The notes under the pieces are model-generated. The model worked only from the letters and a program-made list of their open reading frames with translations. It was not told where the DNA came from and ran no database searches. A program made the translations under genes and the position numbers. Shown here piece after piece: positions 9,823-18,448 of a DNA stretch of 64,000 nucleotides. Origin of the DNA: an uncultured Thermoleophilia bacterium (lineage in GTDB: Bacteria > Actinomycetota > Thermoleophilia > UBA2241); contig CAWCSR010000003.1 in the NCBI GenBank assembly GCA_963798285.1, forward strand, positions 400,905 to 464,904. The letters run 5' to 3'. The first letter of the stretch is position 1; each line of letters starts with the position of its first letter.

Positions 9823-11865
9823 ATGCTCGTGGAGCTCAACGCCGAGCAACTCGCCGCCGCCCAGCACGGTGACGGACCGCTGCTCATCGTCGCCGGCGCC
9901 GGCACCGGCAAGACGGCGACGCTCGTGCACCGCGTCGCCCACCTCATCGAGCGCGGCGCCGATCCGCGGCGCATCCTGCTGCTCACGTTCACGCGCCGCG
10001 CCGCCGGCGAGATGCTGCGCCGGGTCGAGGCGGTCCTCGCGGCACGCGGCCACAGCACCGGCGGCGCCTCCGAGCGCGTCTGGGGCGGCACGTACCACGC
10101 CACTGCCGCCCGTCTGCTCCGCATCCACGCGCGCGACATCGGCATGCAGCCCGACTTCACGATCATGGACCGCGGCGACTCCGAAGACCTCATGCACGTC
10201 TCCCGTACGCGCCTCGGCCTCGGCCGGGGCGGCGGGCGATTCCCCCAGAAGTCCACCTGCCTCGACGTCTACTCACGCTGCGTCAACGCCCAGCTGCCGC
10301 TGAGCGAGGTGCTGCACACGGCCTTCCCCTGGTGCCTGCCGGCGGAGGAGGGGCTGGCGCAGCTCTTCGCCGCCTACACCGACGCCAAGGAGGAGCAGCA
10401 GGTCCTGGACTACGACGACCTGCTGCTCTTCTGGCGCGGCCTGCTGGCGGACCCGGCCGGCGGCGCCCGTGTGCGCCAGCGCTTCGACCATGTGCTGGTG
10501 GACGAGTACCAGGACACCAACGCGCTGCAGGCCGACATCGTCAGCCTCCTTCGGCCGGACGGCACCGGCGTCACGTGCGTCGGCGACGACGCGCAGGCCA
10601 TCTACGGTTTTCGCGCCGCCACGGTGCGCAACATCCTCGACTTCGAGCAGCGGTTCCCCGGCGCCCACGTCGCGACGCTCACGCAGAACTACCGCTCCAC
10701 GGCGCCGATCCTCGCGGCCACCAACGCGCTCATCGCCGAGGCCGCCGAGCGGCGGGACAAAGAGCTCTGGACGGACCGGGCCGACGGCGGCCGCCCGGTC
10801 CTCGCCACCTCCCGCGACGAGGAAGAGCAGACGCAGTGGCTCTGCGAGCGCATCCTCGGCCACCGCGAGCAGGGCACGCAGCTCAAGGAGCAGGCGGTGC
10901 TCTTCCGCGCCCAGCATCACTCCATGGCGCTCGAGATGGAGCTCTCCCGGCGCAACATCCCCTTCCACAAGTACGGGGGCCTGCGCTTCGTCGAGATGGC
11001 GCACGTCAAAGACCTGGTGTCGTTCCTGCGCCTGGCCGAGAACCCCAAGGACGCCATGGCCGGCCTGCGCGTGCTCGGGTTGGTGCCCGGCATCGGGCCC
11101 AAGACGGCGGCGACGCTGCTCGAGCGCCTGGGCGCCGCCGCGGGCGCCTTCCCGGCGGCGTGGGCCGGCGCCCGCGTCCCCGAGCCTGCGCGCGCCATCT
11201 GGCCGGCCGTCGTCGAGCTCTTCACCACGCTGAGCGCCGCCGGCCCCTCAGACGTGTCCGCGCAGGTCCACGCCGTGCGCAGCGTCTACGGGCCACTGCT
11301 CGAGCGCCGCTACGACAACGTGCAGGCGCGCCTGCGCGACCTCGAGCAGATCGAGGGGCTCGCGGCGCGCTCGCAGACGCGCTCCCAGTTCCTCGCCGAA
11401 CTGGTGCTCGACCCGCCGGCGTACACGCAGGAGCTCGCCGGCTCGCCGCTGCTCGACGAGGACTACCTCATCCTCAGCACCATGCACTCGGCAAAGGGCC
11501 TCGAGTTCGACGTCGTCTACGTCATCCACGCCGCCGACGGCAACATCCCGTCGGACATGGCCACCGGCAGCGCCGCCGAGATCGAGGAGGAACGGCGGCT
11601 GCTCTACGTCGCCTGCACGCGCGCCCGCGAGCAGCTCTACGTCAGCCACCCGCTGCGGTACTACACGCAGCCGTGGGCCAAGGCAGACACGCACGGGTAC
11701 GCACAACGCTCGCGCTTCCTGACCACTGCGGTCGTCGCTCATTTCGAGGAGATCCAGACGGGGCCGGAGGTCACGGAGACCGACGAGAGCCCGCTCGATC
11801 GCGTCACCACTGCATCCATCCGCGCCGGCGTGCGCTCGCTGTGGCAGGCGCCGCCGGTCACCTGA
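9823..11865 (+). CDS. UvrD/PcrA/Rep-family ATP-dependent DNA helicase
   Basis: ATG preceded by AGGAGG. Walker A motif VAGAGTGKT, DEYQDT motif, YGFRAA, and C-terminal VMTMHSAKGLEF-like block (LSTMHSAKGLEFDVVYV). Confidence 0.9.
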   Translation: MLVELNAEQLAAAQHGDGPLLIVAGAGTGKTATLVHRVAHLIERGADPRRILLLTFTRRAAGEMLRRVEAVLAARGHSTGGASERVWGGTYHATAARLLRIHARDIGMQPDFTIMDRGDSEDLMHVSRTRLGLGRGGGRFPQKSTCLDVYSRCVNAQLPLSEVLHTAFPWCLPAEEGLAQLFAAYTDAKEEQQVLDYDDLLLFWRGLLADPAGGARVRQRFDHVLVDEYQDTNALQADIVSLLRPDGTGVTCVGDDAQAIYGFRAATVRNILDFEQRFPGAHVATLTQNYRSTAPILAATNALIAEAAERRDKELWTDRADGGRPVLATSRDEEEQTQWLCERILGHREQGTQLKEQAVLFRAQHHSMALEMELSRRNIPFHKYGGLRFVEMAHVKDLVSFLRLAENPKDAMAGLRVLGLVPGIGPKTAATLLERLGAAAGAFPAAWAGARVPEPARAIWPAVVELFTTLSAAGPSDVSAQVHAVRSVYGPLLERRYDNVQARLRDLEQIEGLAARSQTRSQFLAELVLDPPAYTQELAGSPLLDEDYLILSTMHSAKGLEFDVVYVIHAADGNIPSDMATGSAAEIEEERRLLYVACTRAREQLYVSHPLRYYTQPWAKADTHGYAQRSRFLTTAVVAHFEEIQTGPEVTETDESPLDRVTTASIRAGVRSLWQAPPVT

Positions 11866-11977
11866 CGCCGCCTCCCGACCTCCCGCTGCTCCCCGTCACC
11901 GCCCTCTGGACGGTGTAACAGGTGAACGTCTCGCCGCGTCTTAAGAGCAGCGAACCGTTCCCGGCAAGGAGGTACCG

Positions 11978-12568
11978 ATGAGACTCCTGAAGGTCCTTCT
12001 ACTCTTCGTGATCGCCGGGCTGGTCGTGACCGCCGTCGCGGTAGCCGGCACTCGCACCCGGCAGCAGACGCGCGACAACGACCGGACCAACCTCCAGCAC
12101 CACGTCGGTGCGAACGCCATCGACTGCGCCGGAGTCCAGTCGCGGGACCGCGGACGTCTGCAGAGCAAGACCGGAAAGGCCGCGAACGACAGCCGGCGCA
12201 CCCGCGACGGCGACCGTGACACCGACCGAAACCGTGATCGTGATCGTGACCGCGTCCGCGACTGCGACGTCGCCGGCGCCCAGGCCCAGGCCAAGGAGCC
12301 GGCGCAGGCCCAAGCCCAGGCACAGGCACAGGCCCAGGCCCTAAGCCAGATCCAGACCCAGGCTCAGGAGCAGACGTGCGCGGAGGGCGGCGCCCAGGCC
12401 CAGGCGCAAGAGCAGACCCAGACAGAGGTCGGGCAGCCTGATGGCGCGGGTGGCCAGGGCGGCGATGGTGGCCACGACGGCGGCAGCCAAGGCGACGATG
12501 CTGATCAGGGCGGCAACGCTGGTCAGAGCGGAAACGCTGGTCAGGGCGGCAGTGGAGGTGGACACTGA
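11978..12568 (+). CDS. Membrane-anchored intrinsically disordered protein with (RD)n, (AQ)n and Gly/Asp/Gln-rich tracts
   Basis: Strong SD (AAGGAGG) 6 nt before the ATG. One N-terminal TM (LLKVLLLFVIAGLVVTAVAVAG). The remainder is low complexity. Confidence 0.6.
   Translation: MRLLKVLLLFVIAGLVVTAVAVAGTRTRQQTRDNDRTNLQHHVGANAIDCAGVQSRDRGRLQSKTGKAANDSRRTRDGDRDTDRNRDRDRDRVRDCDVAGAQAQAKEPAQAQAQAQAQAQALSQIQTQAQEQTCAEGGAQAQAQEQTQTEVGQPDGAGGQGGDGGHDGGSQGDDADQGGNAGQSGNAGQGGSGGGH
12200..12340 (+). repeat. Coding micro-repeats: CG(T/C)GA(C/T) dipeptide-codon repeats, then (GCCCAG/GCACAG)n hexamers
   Basis: The DNA reads …gaccgtgacaccgaccgaaaccgtgatcgtgatcgtgaccgc… and then …gcccaggcccaggcc…caggcccaagcccaggcacaggcacaggcccaggcc…. 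Confidence 0.8.
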
Positions 12569-12667
12569 GCTAACCGTCTCATGCGGCGCACCGTCGGTGA
12601 GCCGGCCGCCGGCCCGCCGACGGCAAGGCTCTCGAACAACCACTCACGACGAGGGTGAAAATCCAGC

Positions 12668-14146
12668 GTGCAGGTCCGCCCCGCCCCCCATGTTCCGTCC
12701 TGTGAGACCCCGGCCGACCGTAAGGCGACTGCCGAGTTCGAGCGCCTGTACCACGACTACCACGCCCGCATCTACAACCTGTGTGCCCGGATCATCGGCG
12801 ACCGCGACTACGCCGCAGACGTGACGCAGGAGGTCTTCCTCCGTGCCTACATGCGCCTTCCCACTACGGCTGATGCCTCCGGCGCCAAGGCGTGGCTCTA
12901 CAGGGTCGCGGTGAACGCCTCCTACGACCATCTCCGTCGCTGCGCCGCCCGCCCGGCCTCTTCCCTGGACTGTCTTCCCGACGCACCGTCCGGCAGGGAC
13001 CCTCTCCAGGACGCCGAGCTCAGCCGAGTCGTAGAGGGCTGTCTCGCGGCCCTCACGCCCCGCTATCGCGCCGCGCTCGTGCTCAAGGACCTGCACGGGC
13101 TGAGCACGCAGGAAGTCGGCCAGGCGTTGGGGTCGACCCCCGGTGCAACACGCGTCGTCCTTCACAGAGCGCGCGCCGCCTTCCGGCGGGCGTTCAGAGA
13201 GACCGCCCCCGGCGCGGGCAGCGTCTCAGCTCTGGGGCTCGCGGCCCTGCTCCCCGAGCTCGCCGCCCCGCCGAGCCTGCAGACGCCGCCATGGACGCAG
13301 CTTGCTCAGACAGCTGCGGCCCCGGCGGGCCCGCCCGCCCCCACACCTCCTATCTCGGCTGCGTCGCAGGCGCCTCTCTCATCCGGCTCGCCGGCTGCAG
13401 CCGTCCCTGTCTCCTTGACGTCGATCGGGCCGTCCGGTCTCCTCGCCGGCTTGGGCAGCGCGGTCGGCGTCAAGTCGGCCGTCGCCGTGATCGCCGCCGT
13501 GATCGCCACGGGCGGCGGACTCGCCGTCGACCATCACTCTCACTCCAGGACTCCATCTCCCACCGCCGCGTCTGTGATCGTCACCTCGACGGCGGGAGTC
13601 GTCGCTCCCTCCGCCAACGCCCGGCAGGACGCCGCCATCTGGGATCCGACTGAACGACGGCCGGGCGCGATCGCTCCGCGCGGCGGCGAGCCGGGTCCGG
13701 CGCGGTCGGGCCCGGCCAGCGCCGCCAGCACGCACGGTGGATCGGGTCGCCAGGACAGCCCGACCTCCGCTCTGGCGGGCGCGAGCGGAGGCAGCGGGAG
13801 CGGGGGGACGAACGGCCCTTCGACGATCAAGCACGGCGACCGGGAAGGTGGGGGGAGCGGCGGCACGGTCGGGGGGGCCGGGACCGGCGGCACAGACCCG
13901 GGCGGCGGCACGGCCGGCGCCGGCACGATCGGCGGTGTCGGGGCCGGGACCGGCGGCACAGACTCGGGCGGTGCCGGGACCGGGGCCGGCGGCGCACACC
14001 CGGGCGGCGGCACGGCCTCCGCCGGCACTGACCCGGGCGGCGGCACAGTCTCCGGCGGCGACGCTGACGATGGCGGCAGCGCAGGTGGCGCCACGGGAGG
14101 CGACCAGACGGGCGGCGAGTCCCGCGACACCGGTGGCGGGACCTGA
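12668..14146 (+). CDS. ECF-type sigma-70 family factor fused to a Pro-rich linker, one TM helix and a Gly-rich extracytoplasmic tail
   Basis: Region 2 reads DVTQEVFLRAY…AWLYRVAVNASYDHLRR. Region 4 reads YRAALVLKDLHGLSTQEVGQALGSTPGATRVVLHRARAAFRR. Then comes TM VKSAVAVIAAVIATGGGLAV and GGT(D)PGGGTA(G/S)AGT-like repeats. Confidence 0.8.
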   Translation: MQVRPAPHVPSCETPADRKATAEFERLYHDYHARIYNLCARIIGDRDYAADVTQEVFLRAYMRLPTTADASGAKAWLYRVAVNASYDHLRRCAARPASSLDCLPDAPSGRDPLQDAELSRVVEGCLAALTPRYRAALVLKDLHGLSTQEVGQALGSTPGATRVVLHRARAAFRRAFRETAPGAGSVSALGLAALLPELAAPPSLQTPPWTQLAQTAAAPAGPPAPTPPISAASQAPLSSGSPAAAVPVSLTSIGPSGLLAGLGSAVGVKSAVAVIAAVIATGGGLAVDHHSHSRTPSPTAASVIVTSTAGVVAPSANARQDAAIWDPTERRPGAIAPRGGEPGPARSGPASAASTHGGSGRQDSPTSALAGASGGSGSGGTNGPSTIKHGDREGGGSGGTVGGAGTGGTDPGGGTAGAGTIGGVGAGTGGTDSGGAGTGAGGAHPGGGTASAGTDPGGGTVSGGDADDGGSAGGATGGDQTGGESRDTGGGT

Positions 14147-14176
14147 CCCGGCAGCGCCGGTGAGAACCGAAGTGAG

Positions 14177-14209
14177 AGGGGCGGCGCCCGGCGCGGGCGC
14201 CGCCCCTCG
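14177..14209 (+). terminator. Perfect 15-bp GC stem with 3-nt loop downstream of the sigma gene
   Basis: gaggggcggcgcccg-gcg-cgggcgccgcccctc, 31 nt after the stop. There is no U-tract, as is common for terminator-like hairpins in high-GC genomes. Confidence 0.55.
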
Positions 14210-14542
14210 TCATGGTAGCCGCCGGCGTGCGACCGGGTGATCCGTCGGCGTGCCGTCAAGCAAGTCACCAAACGGTGACAAAGCGCCCTCGCGGGAGTAG
14301 AGTGCCACCTCACCCCAGAACCAGTGGGGCGTGGAGGTGGTGCCTGTGAGCATGACGGACTTGTGCTAAGGGACTCGTGGAGCCTCACGCGCGGCGGATC
14401 CGCCGCACGCCCTGGCCGTGGCCGCGCGAGCTCCACTCTGGAGGGGCCGGTGGAGTCGAGGGAACATCGCGCCGCGCAGTGCAGGTTCGGACGCAAGGCA
14501 ATCGTCCGTTCGACCCCTCCGGCAGAAAGAGGGGGTATTACC

Positions 14543-15463
14543 GTGTCACGCAAGCACCTTTCGTGGGCGGTCGCTCTGACCGTCGTCACGTTTCTCCTCA
14601 TCGCTGTCCCGGTGTTCGGCTCGGGCAAACCACCGTCGCCGGAGGCAGCCGTCAACAACCTGTCGTACCCGGCCATCGCAGTAGATGGCTTCGGCATCAC
14701 GCCCGTCACGACGAGATCCTTCACGGTGCCGTATACCGGGGACTACCCGAGACTCACGGCCGAAGAGATCGCATACCTTGAGGCCAACGGCCCGTGGTAT
14801 GCGCAGAAGACCACAGGCAACGTCTGGCAGGCGCAGTACGTGAGCCAGGCCGCGGAAGACGTCACCTACATCGACTGGAGCGACAACATGGAGTCGGTGA
14901 GTCCCAAGATCCGCTCACCGTTCCGCATCGAGATGGTCCTGTTCAAGGCTCTATCCGCACCGATGACCGCCTATACGATGAACGTCCTCGAGTATCCGAG
15001 CAGCACCGACGAACTGCAGGGCACCAACGCCACGACGTACGACAGCGACTACGCCACGGTCGTCTCGTCGAAGCCGGGCCTCAAGGTCCAGTACCTCGGT
15101 ACCGTCGCGCCGGCGCCGGATGCACTCACCTGGGACGCTGGCGACATGCGCTGGGAGTGGGCCGACGGCGCGTACCCGAGCCTGACCGCGGTCTCCTTCG
15201 CGCCAGAGCTCAACGTAGGCGGCAAGTACGTCTTCGGCGCGTCGTCCGGCGGCTGGAAGTCCGCCAGTCTCGGCTACTACCGCATCACCTTCTACGTGCC
15301 GAGCGGCTCCGGATTGAACCTCGCGCCCGGCACCATCGCCAACGAGTCCACCGGCTTCGCCGCGCCCACCGCGGGCGTAGCGCAGGCGGTGCTCGACTCC
15401 ACCGACAACCTCACGTACATCGACGTCAAGGTGAATGCCAAGGGGGGCGGCGGCAAACCATGA
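14543..15463 (+). CDS. Secreted or membrane-anchored protein of unknown function
   Basis: GTG at 14543 is preceded by AGAAAGAGGGGG. N-terminal hydrophobic segment WAVALTVVTFLLIAVPVFG. The rest is well-composed non-repetitive sequence with no motif I recognise. Confidence 0.6.
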   Translation: MSRKHLSWAVALTVVTFLLIAVPVFGSGKPPSPEAAVNNLSYPAIAVDGFGITPVTTRSFTVPYTGDYPRLTAEEIAYLEANGPWYAQKTTGNVWQAQYVSQAAEDVTYIDWSDNMESVSPKIRSPFRIEMVLFKALSAPMTAYTMNVLEYPSSTDELQGTNATTYDSDYATVVSSKPGLKVQYLGTVAPAPDALTWDAGDMRWEWADGAYPSLTAVSFAPELNVGGKYVFGASSGGWKSASLGYYRITFYVPSGSGLNLAPGTIANESTGFAAPTAGVAQAVLDSTDNLTYIDVKVNAKGGGGKP

Positions 15464-15577
15464 CGAGCACGCTGCGGTATCGCCATCGTCACAGGCTGGT
15501 CGCGCGCTGGCAGCGGGGCAGATCGGGCTAACGTCCGCCGCGACCTCCCGCCCGACTTCCGGTCTCGCGGAGGTGAC

Positions 15578-15609
15578 GAGGACGGGGCGCCCCGGGGCGC
15601 CCCGTCCTC
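15578..15609. terminator. Perfect 14-bp GC palindromic hairpin between convergent genes
   Basis: gaggacggggcgcc-ccgg-ggcgccccgtcctc. It is symmetric, so it could act on either strand. Confidence 0.5.
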
Positions 15610-15839
15610 GCACGGCCCCCCAGCGCTGCCGGCCGGGACGGAGCCGAGAACGGCGAAGCGCAAGTGAAACAACGGGGCGCCGTTCTGCGTTAAAGAAGGA
15701 GATGGACCACCGGCGGGACCCGTGGAGAGCCACAGGTTCCGTCCGCCGCGTCGCCGGCTCTTCCCTTCCTCTCCGCTCCCGCGGAAGTCGCCGGCGGCGC
15801 ATATCTTGCGTCCCGGCTCAGACCGGCGCCGGGCTCACG

Positions 15840-16208
15840 TCACTGTGTGGCGTGACACGTCGATGCGGTGCACCCGGTGGCCGGACACGTGTAGGTCTGC
15901 CCGCCGCTCGAGCCGTCGGACCCGCTCGAGCTGCCGGCGCTGCTCGAACTGCCGGCGCTGCTCGAACTGCCGGCGCTGCTCGAACCGCCCGAGCCGCCGT
16001 AGGGATCCGACTGGGTGGCGCCGCCAGAGTTGTGGCCGTAGCCGTTCCCGCCGCTCGATTGACTCTGCGCCGCTTGCGTGATGACCGTCTGGGCGCTGGC
16101 CGTGGACGTGCCGAACAGGCGGCCGCCGAGCTGGATCGCGGTGAACACCGCGAGGGCCGTGAACAGGGTCAGCACGAGGACTGCCGGGGTGTTCCTGAGG
16201 TGCTTCAT
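15840..16208 (-). CDS. Small (122 aa) membrane-anchored Ser/Gly-rich protein ending in a Cys-x4-Cys-x4-Cys-His motif
   Basis: ATG at 16208 with AGGAG upstream. TM is AVLVLTLFTALAVFTAIQL. There are SSSSAG repeats. The C-terminus is TYTCPATGCTASTCHATQ. It lies 20 nt downstream of the DUF4405-like gene. Confidence 0.65.
   Translation of the reverse strand: MKHLRNTPAVLVLTLFTALAVFTAIQLGGRLFGTSTASAQTVITQAAQSQSSGGNGYGHNSGGATQSDPYGGSGGSSSAGSSSSAGSSSSAGSSSGSDGSSGGQTYTCPATGCTASTCHATQ
15931..15984. repeat. Exact 18-bp tandem repeat x3 (CTGCCGGCGCTGCTCGAA) inside the small Ser/Gly-rich gene
   Basis: Three identical copies at 15931, 15949 and 15967. They encode (SSSSAG)3 on the minus strand. Confidence 0.95.
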
Positions 16209-16228
16209 CGTTCTCCTTCGCGGTGAAG

Positions 16229-16792
16229 TCAGGGTCGAGAGCGGGCGTCGGTGATCACGGGTGCGGCGGCGTACTGCTCGCCGCGAGGCGCGCGCTCGAG
16301 GCGGCGCGTCGCCGCGCGGATGGCGAGGATCGGGTCGTCGGCCGTGGTGCGCCGCGCGCGCCCCAGCTTGCCGGCCGTCCTGGCGATCCAGCGCCAGTGC
16401 AGGGCGAAGTGGACGAGCAACAGCAGCATGGTCGCGTCGGCCGACCAGCGGTGCGTGGTGACCCACAGGGCGGTCGGCGTGATCGTCAGGCCTACCGCCC
16501 TCACGACGTACTGCGAGATGAGCAGGCCGCTCAGCATGACCGTCACCGCGGCGACGAAGAGGACCGCGTCCACGACGACGTTGATCTTGGGCGTCGCACG
16601 CACGATCTCGGCGAACCGGCTCAGGATCCTCAGCGTCTGATCCCAGTTGATGATGACGTGGAAGAGCAGCGGCACGATCACGATGACCGAGAGCCACTCG
16701 TGGATCGCGATGCGCGTCCACGCCGGGTTGTAGGCGATGAAGAGCGCGCCGAACAGGGCGAGATCGAGCCAGAGGCGGGCTCGAACGGACAT
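16229..16792 (-). CDS. DUF4405-like (cytochrome-b-like) polytopic membrane protein
   Basis: ATG at 16792 with AGGAG upstream. Four TM segments with conserved-looking His residues (IAIHEWLS, LLFHVIINW, TTHRWSAD, LLVHFALHW). Confidence 0.55.
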   Translation of the reverse strand: MSVRARLWLDLALFGALFIAYNPAWTRIAIHEWLSVIVIVPLLFHVIINWDQTLRILSRFAEIVRATPKINVVVDAVLFVAAVTVMLSGLLISQYVVRAVGLTITPTALWVTTHRWSADATMLLLLVHFALHWRWIARTAGKLGRARRTTADDPILAIRAATRRLERAPRGEQYAAAPVITDARSRP

Positions 16793-17040
16793 CGGCGCTC
16801 CTTTCGTCAGGGAGATTCCATGGCACCCGGCCACCCCGTGAGCGGCCACGACCACTGTAGGAGACTGATGTGAAGCGCAGGTTGAGCGGCGGCTACAGGT
16901 CCGTAACCGGCCGGCCGCCTGATCGCGCCTTGATTACGGACCCGTAGCCCGGGCGAAGACGCGACGCAACCTGCATCGGTCATAGTCCACCTCAGCATGC
17001 CGGCGCGTCGCCGGCGCCTGGCCTGACAGTGAGGTGCGTG

Positions 17041-17664
17041 ATGTCCGATCCGACCAACGAGAACGCCGGCGCGACCCCGCCGGAGAACCCGCCAGCCGGC
17101 GCGGCGCCGGGGGCGCCGCAGCCGCCGGCCGAGGCCGCGCCTGCGGCGCCGCCCGGCGCGGACGTGGCCCAAACCGCCGCGGTCCCGGCAGCACACGCCG
17201 CCGCGCCGCAGGACCAGGTCGCCGCTGCGGCCGCCGCGGACCAGCCGACGGCGGAGCAGCCCGCGGTCGCCCCTTCTTATCAGCCGACCGCGGTCTACGC
17301 ACCGGCGCCGGCGGCGACCGCAGCCGCCGCCGGCCCGCAGCCACCGTGGCACCGCCGCCGCTGGGCGCTCATCACCGGCGCCGTCATCGCCGCGGTGATC
17401 CTCTTCTTCGGCGGTATGGCCGTCGGCACCGCCATCGGAGACCACAGCAGCAGAGGCTTCGCCCGCGACGGTCGCGGCATGTTCCCGGGCGGCGGCCAGA
17501 GCTTCGGCCACCAGGGCTGGGGCGACAACGGCTCGGGTCAGGGCATGATGCCCGGCCAGGGCTTCGGCCAGGGCGGCAACGGCTGGGGCCGGGACGGCTA
17601 CGGCCAGCAGGCTCCGGGCGCGACGCCGGCCCCCTCGACCAGCCCCCAGGCGCTCACGCAGTAA
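17041..17664 (+). CDS. Pro/Ala-rich N-terminus, single TM, Gly/Gln-rich C-terminus membrane protein
   Basis: ATG at 17041 after GAGGTG. TM is WALITGAVIAAVILFFGGMAVGTAI. It lies immediately upstream of the OmpR/HK pair. Confidence 0.5.
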   Translation: MSDPTNENAGATPPENPPAGAAPGAPQPPAEAAPAAPPGADVAQTAAVPAAHAAAPQDQVAAAAAADQPTAEQPAVAPSYQPTAVYAPAPAATAAAAGPQPPWHRRRWALITGAVIAAVILFFGGMAVGTAIGDHSSRGFARDGRGMFPGGGQSFGHQGWGDNGSGQGMMPGQGFGQGGNGWGRDGYGQQAPGATPAPSTSPQALTQ

Positions 17665-17738
17665 CGCGGGGGCGCCGCGGCCGCCCCGCCCCTCCCCTCC
17701 GGGCGGGGGCGGCCGCGCCCCGTGCTACGATTCTGGCC

Positions 17739-18440
17739 ATGGCTGACCGCGCCCAGACGATCCTCGTGATCGAAGACGACCCTGCGGTCGGCGAGGCCCT
17801 CGTGGAGGGCATCGGCACCGAGGGCTACCAGGTCCACTGGGAGACCACCGGCGGCGGAGGCGTCGCCTTCGCTCGCGACCACTCGCCGCAGCTCATCGTC
17901 CTCGACGTGCGCCTTCCGGACGGCAACGGCTTCGACTTCTGCCGTCAACTGCGCCAGCTCGGCCTCCGCCAGCCCATCCTCATGCTCACCGTCCAGTCGG
18001 ACCAGATGGACAAGGTGCTGGGCCTCGAGATGGGCGCCGACGACTACCTCACCAAGCCCTATCACCTGCGTGAGCTCATCGCGCGCATCCGCTCGCTGCT
18101 GCGCCGCGCCTACGGGGAGTTCGCCTCCATGGAAGCGGACGTGTTGTACGCCGGCGACCTCACGATCGATCGCACGCGCGCGACCGTCACCCGCGACGGT
18201 CGCTCGCTCAACCTGACGCCCACCGAGTTCCGCCTCCTCGTGTTCCTCGCCCAGCACCCCGGCCAGGTATTCAGCCGCGGCCAGTTGATCGAGAACGTGT
18301 GGGGCAGCGACGCGGACTTCTACGACGACAAGACGGTCAGCGTCCACGTGCGTCGCCTGCGCGAGAAGATCGAGCACGAGCCGAGCAGCCCCAGCGTGAT
18401 CCTCACCGTGCCCGGCATCGGGTACCGGCTGGCGACCTGA
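17739..18440 (+). CDS. OmpR/PhoB-family response regulator
   Basis: Receiver (ILVIEDD…LIVLDVRLPDGNG…ADDYLTKP) plus winged-helix output (LTPTEFRLLVFLAQHPGQVFSRGQL…VHVRRLREKIE…GIGYRL). Confidence 0.9.
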   Translation: MADRAQTILVIEDDPAVGEALVEGIGTEGYQVHWETTGGGGVAFARDHSPQLIVLDVRLPDGNGFDFCRQLRQLGLRQPILMLTVQSDQMDKVLGLEMGADDYLTKPYHLRELIARIRSLLRRAYGEFASMEADVLYAGDLTIDRTRATVTRDGRSLNLTPTEFRLLVFLAQHPGQVFSRGQLIENVWGSDADFYDDKTVSVHVRRLREKIEHEPSSPSVILTVPGIGYRLAT

Positions 18441-18448
18441 GTGCAACC

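Noticed and set aside
12200-14060. Tandem repeats as a possible CRISPR array or non-coding satellite
   Set aside because: The repeat units are 6-45 bp, contiguous with no unique spacers, and lie in-frame inside SD-preceded ORFs, where they encode low-complexity protein. No cas genes are present.
14430-14500. ECF-type promoter (GGGAAC-N16/17-…GTT) upstream of the secreted unknown at 14543
   Set aside because: Only the GGAAC-like -35 is convincing and the -10 (CGT-type) is not present at the right spacing. It cannot be supported without orthologous alignments.
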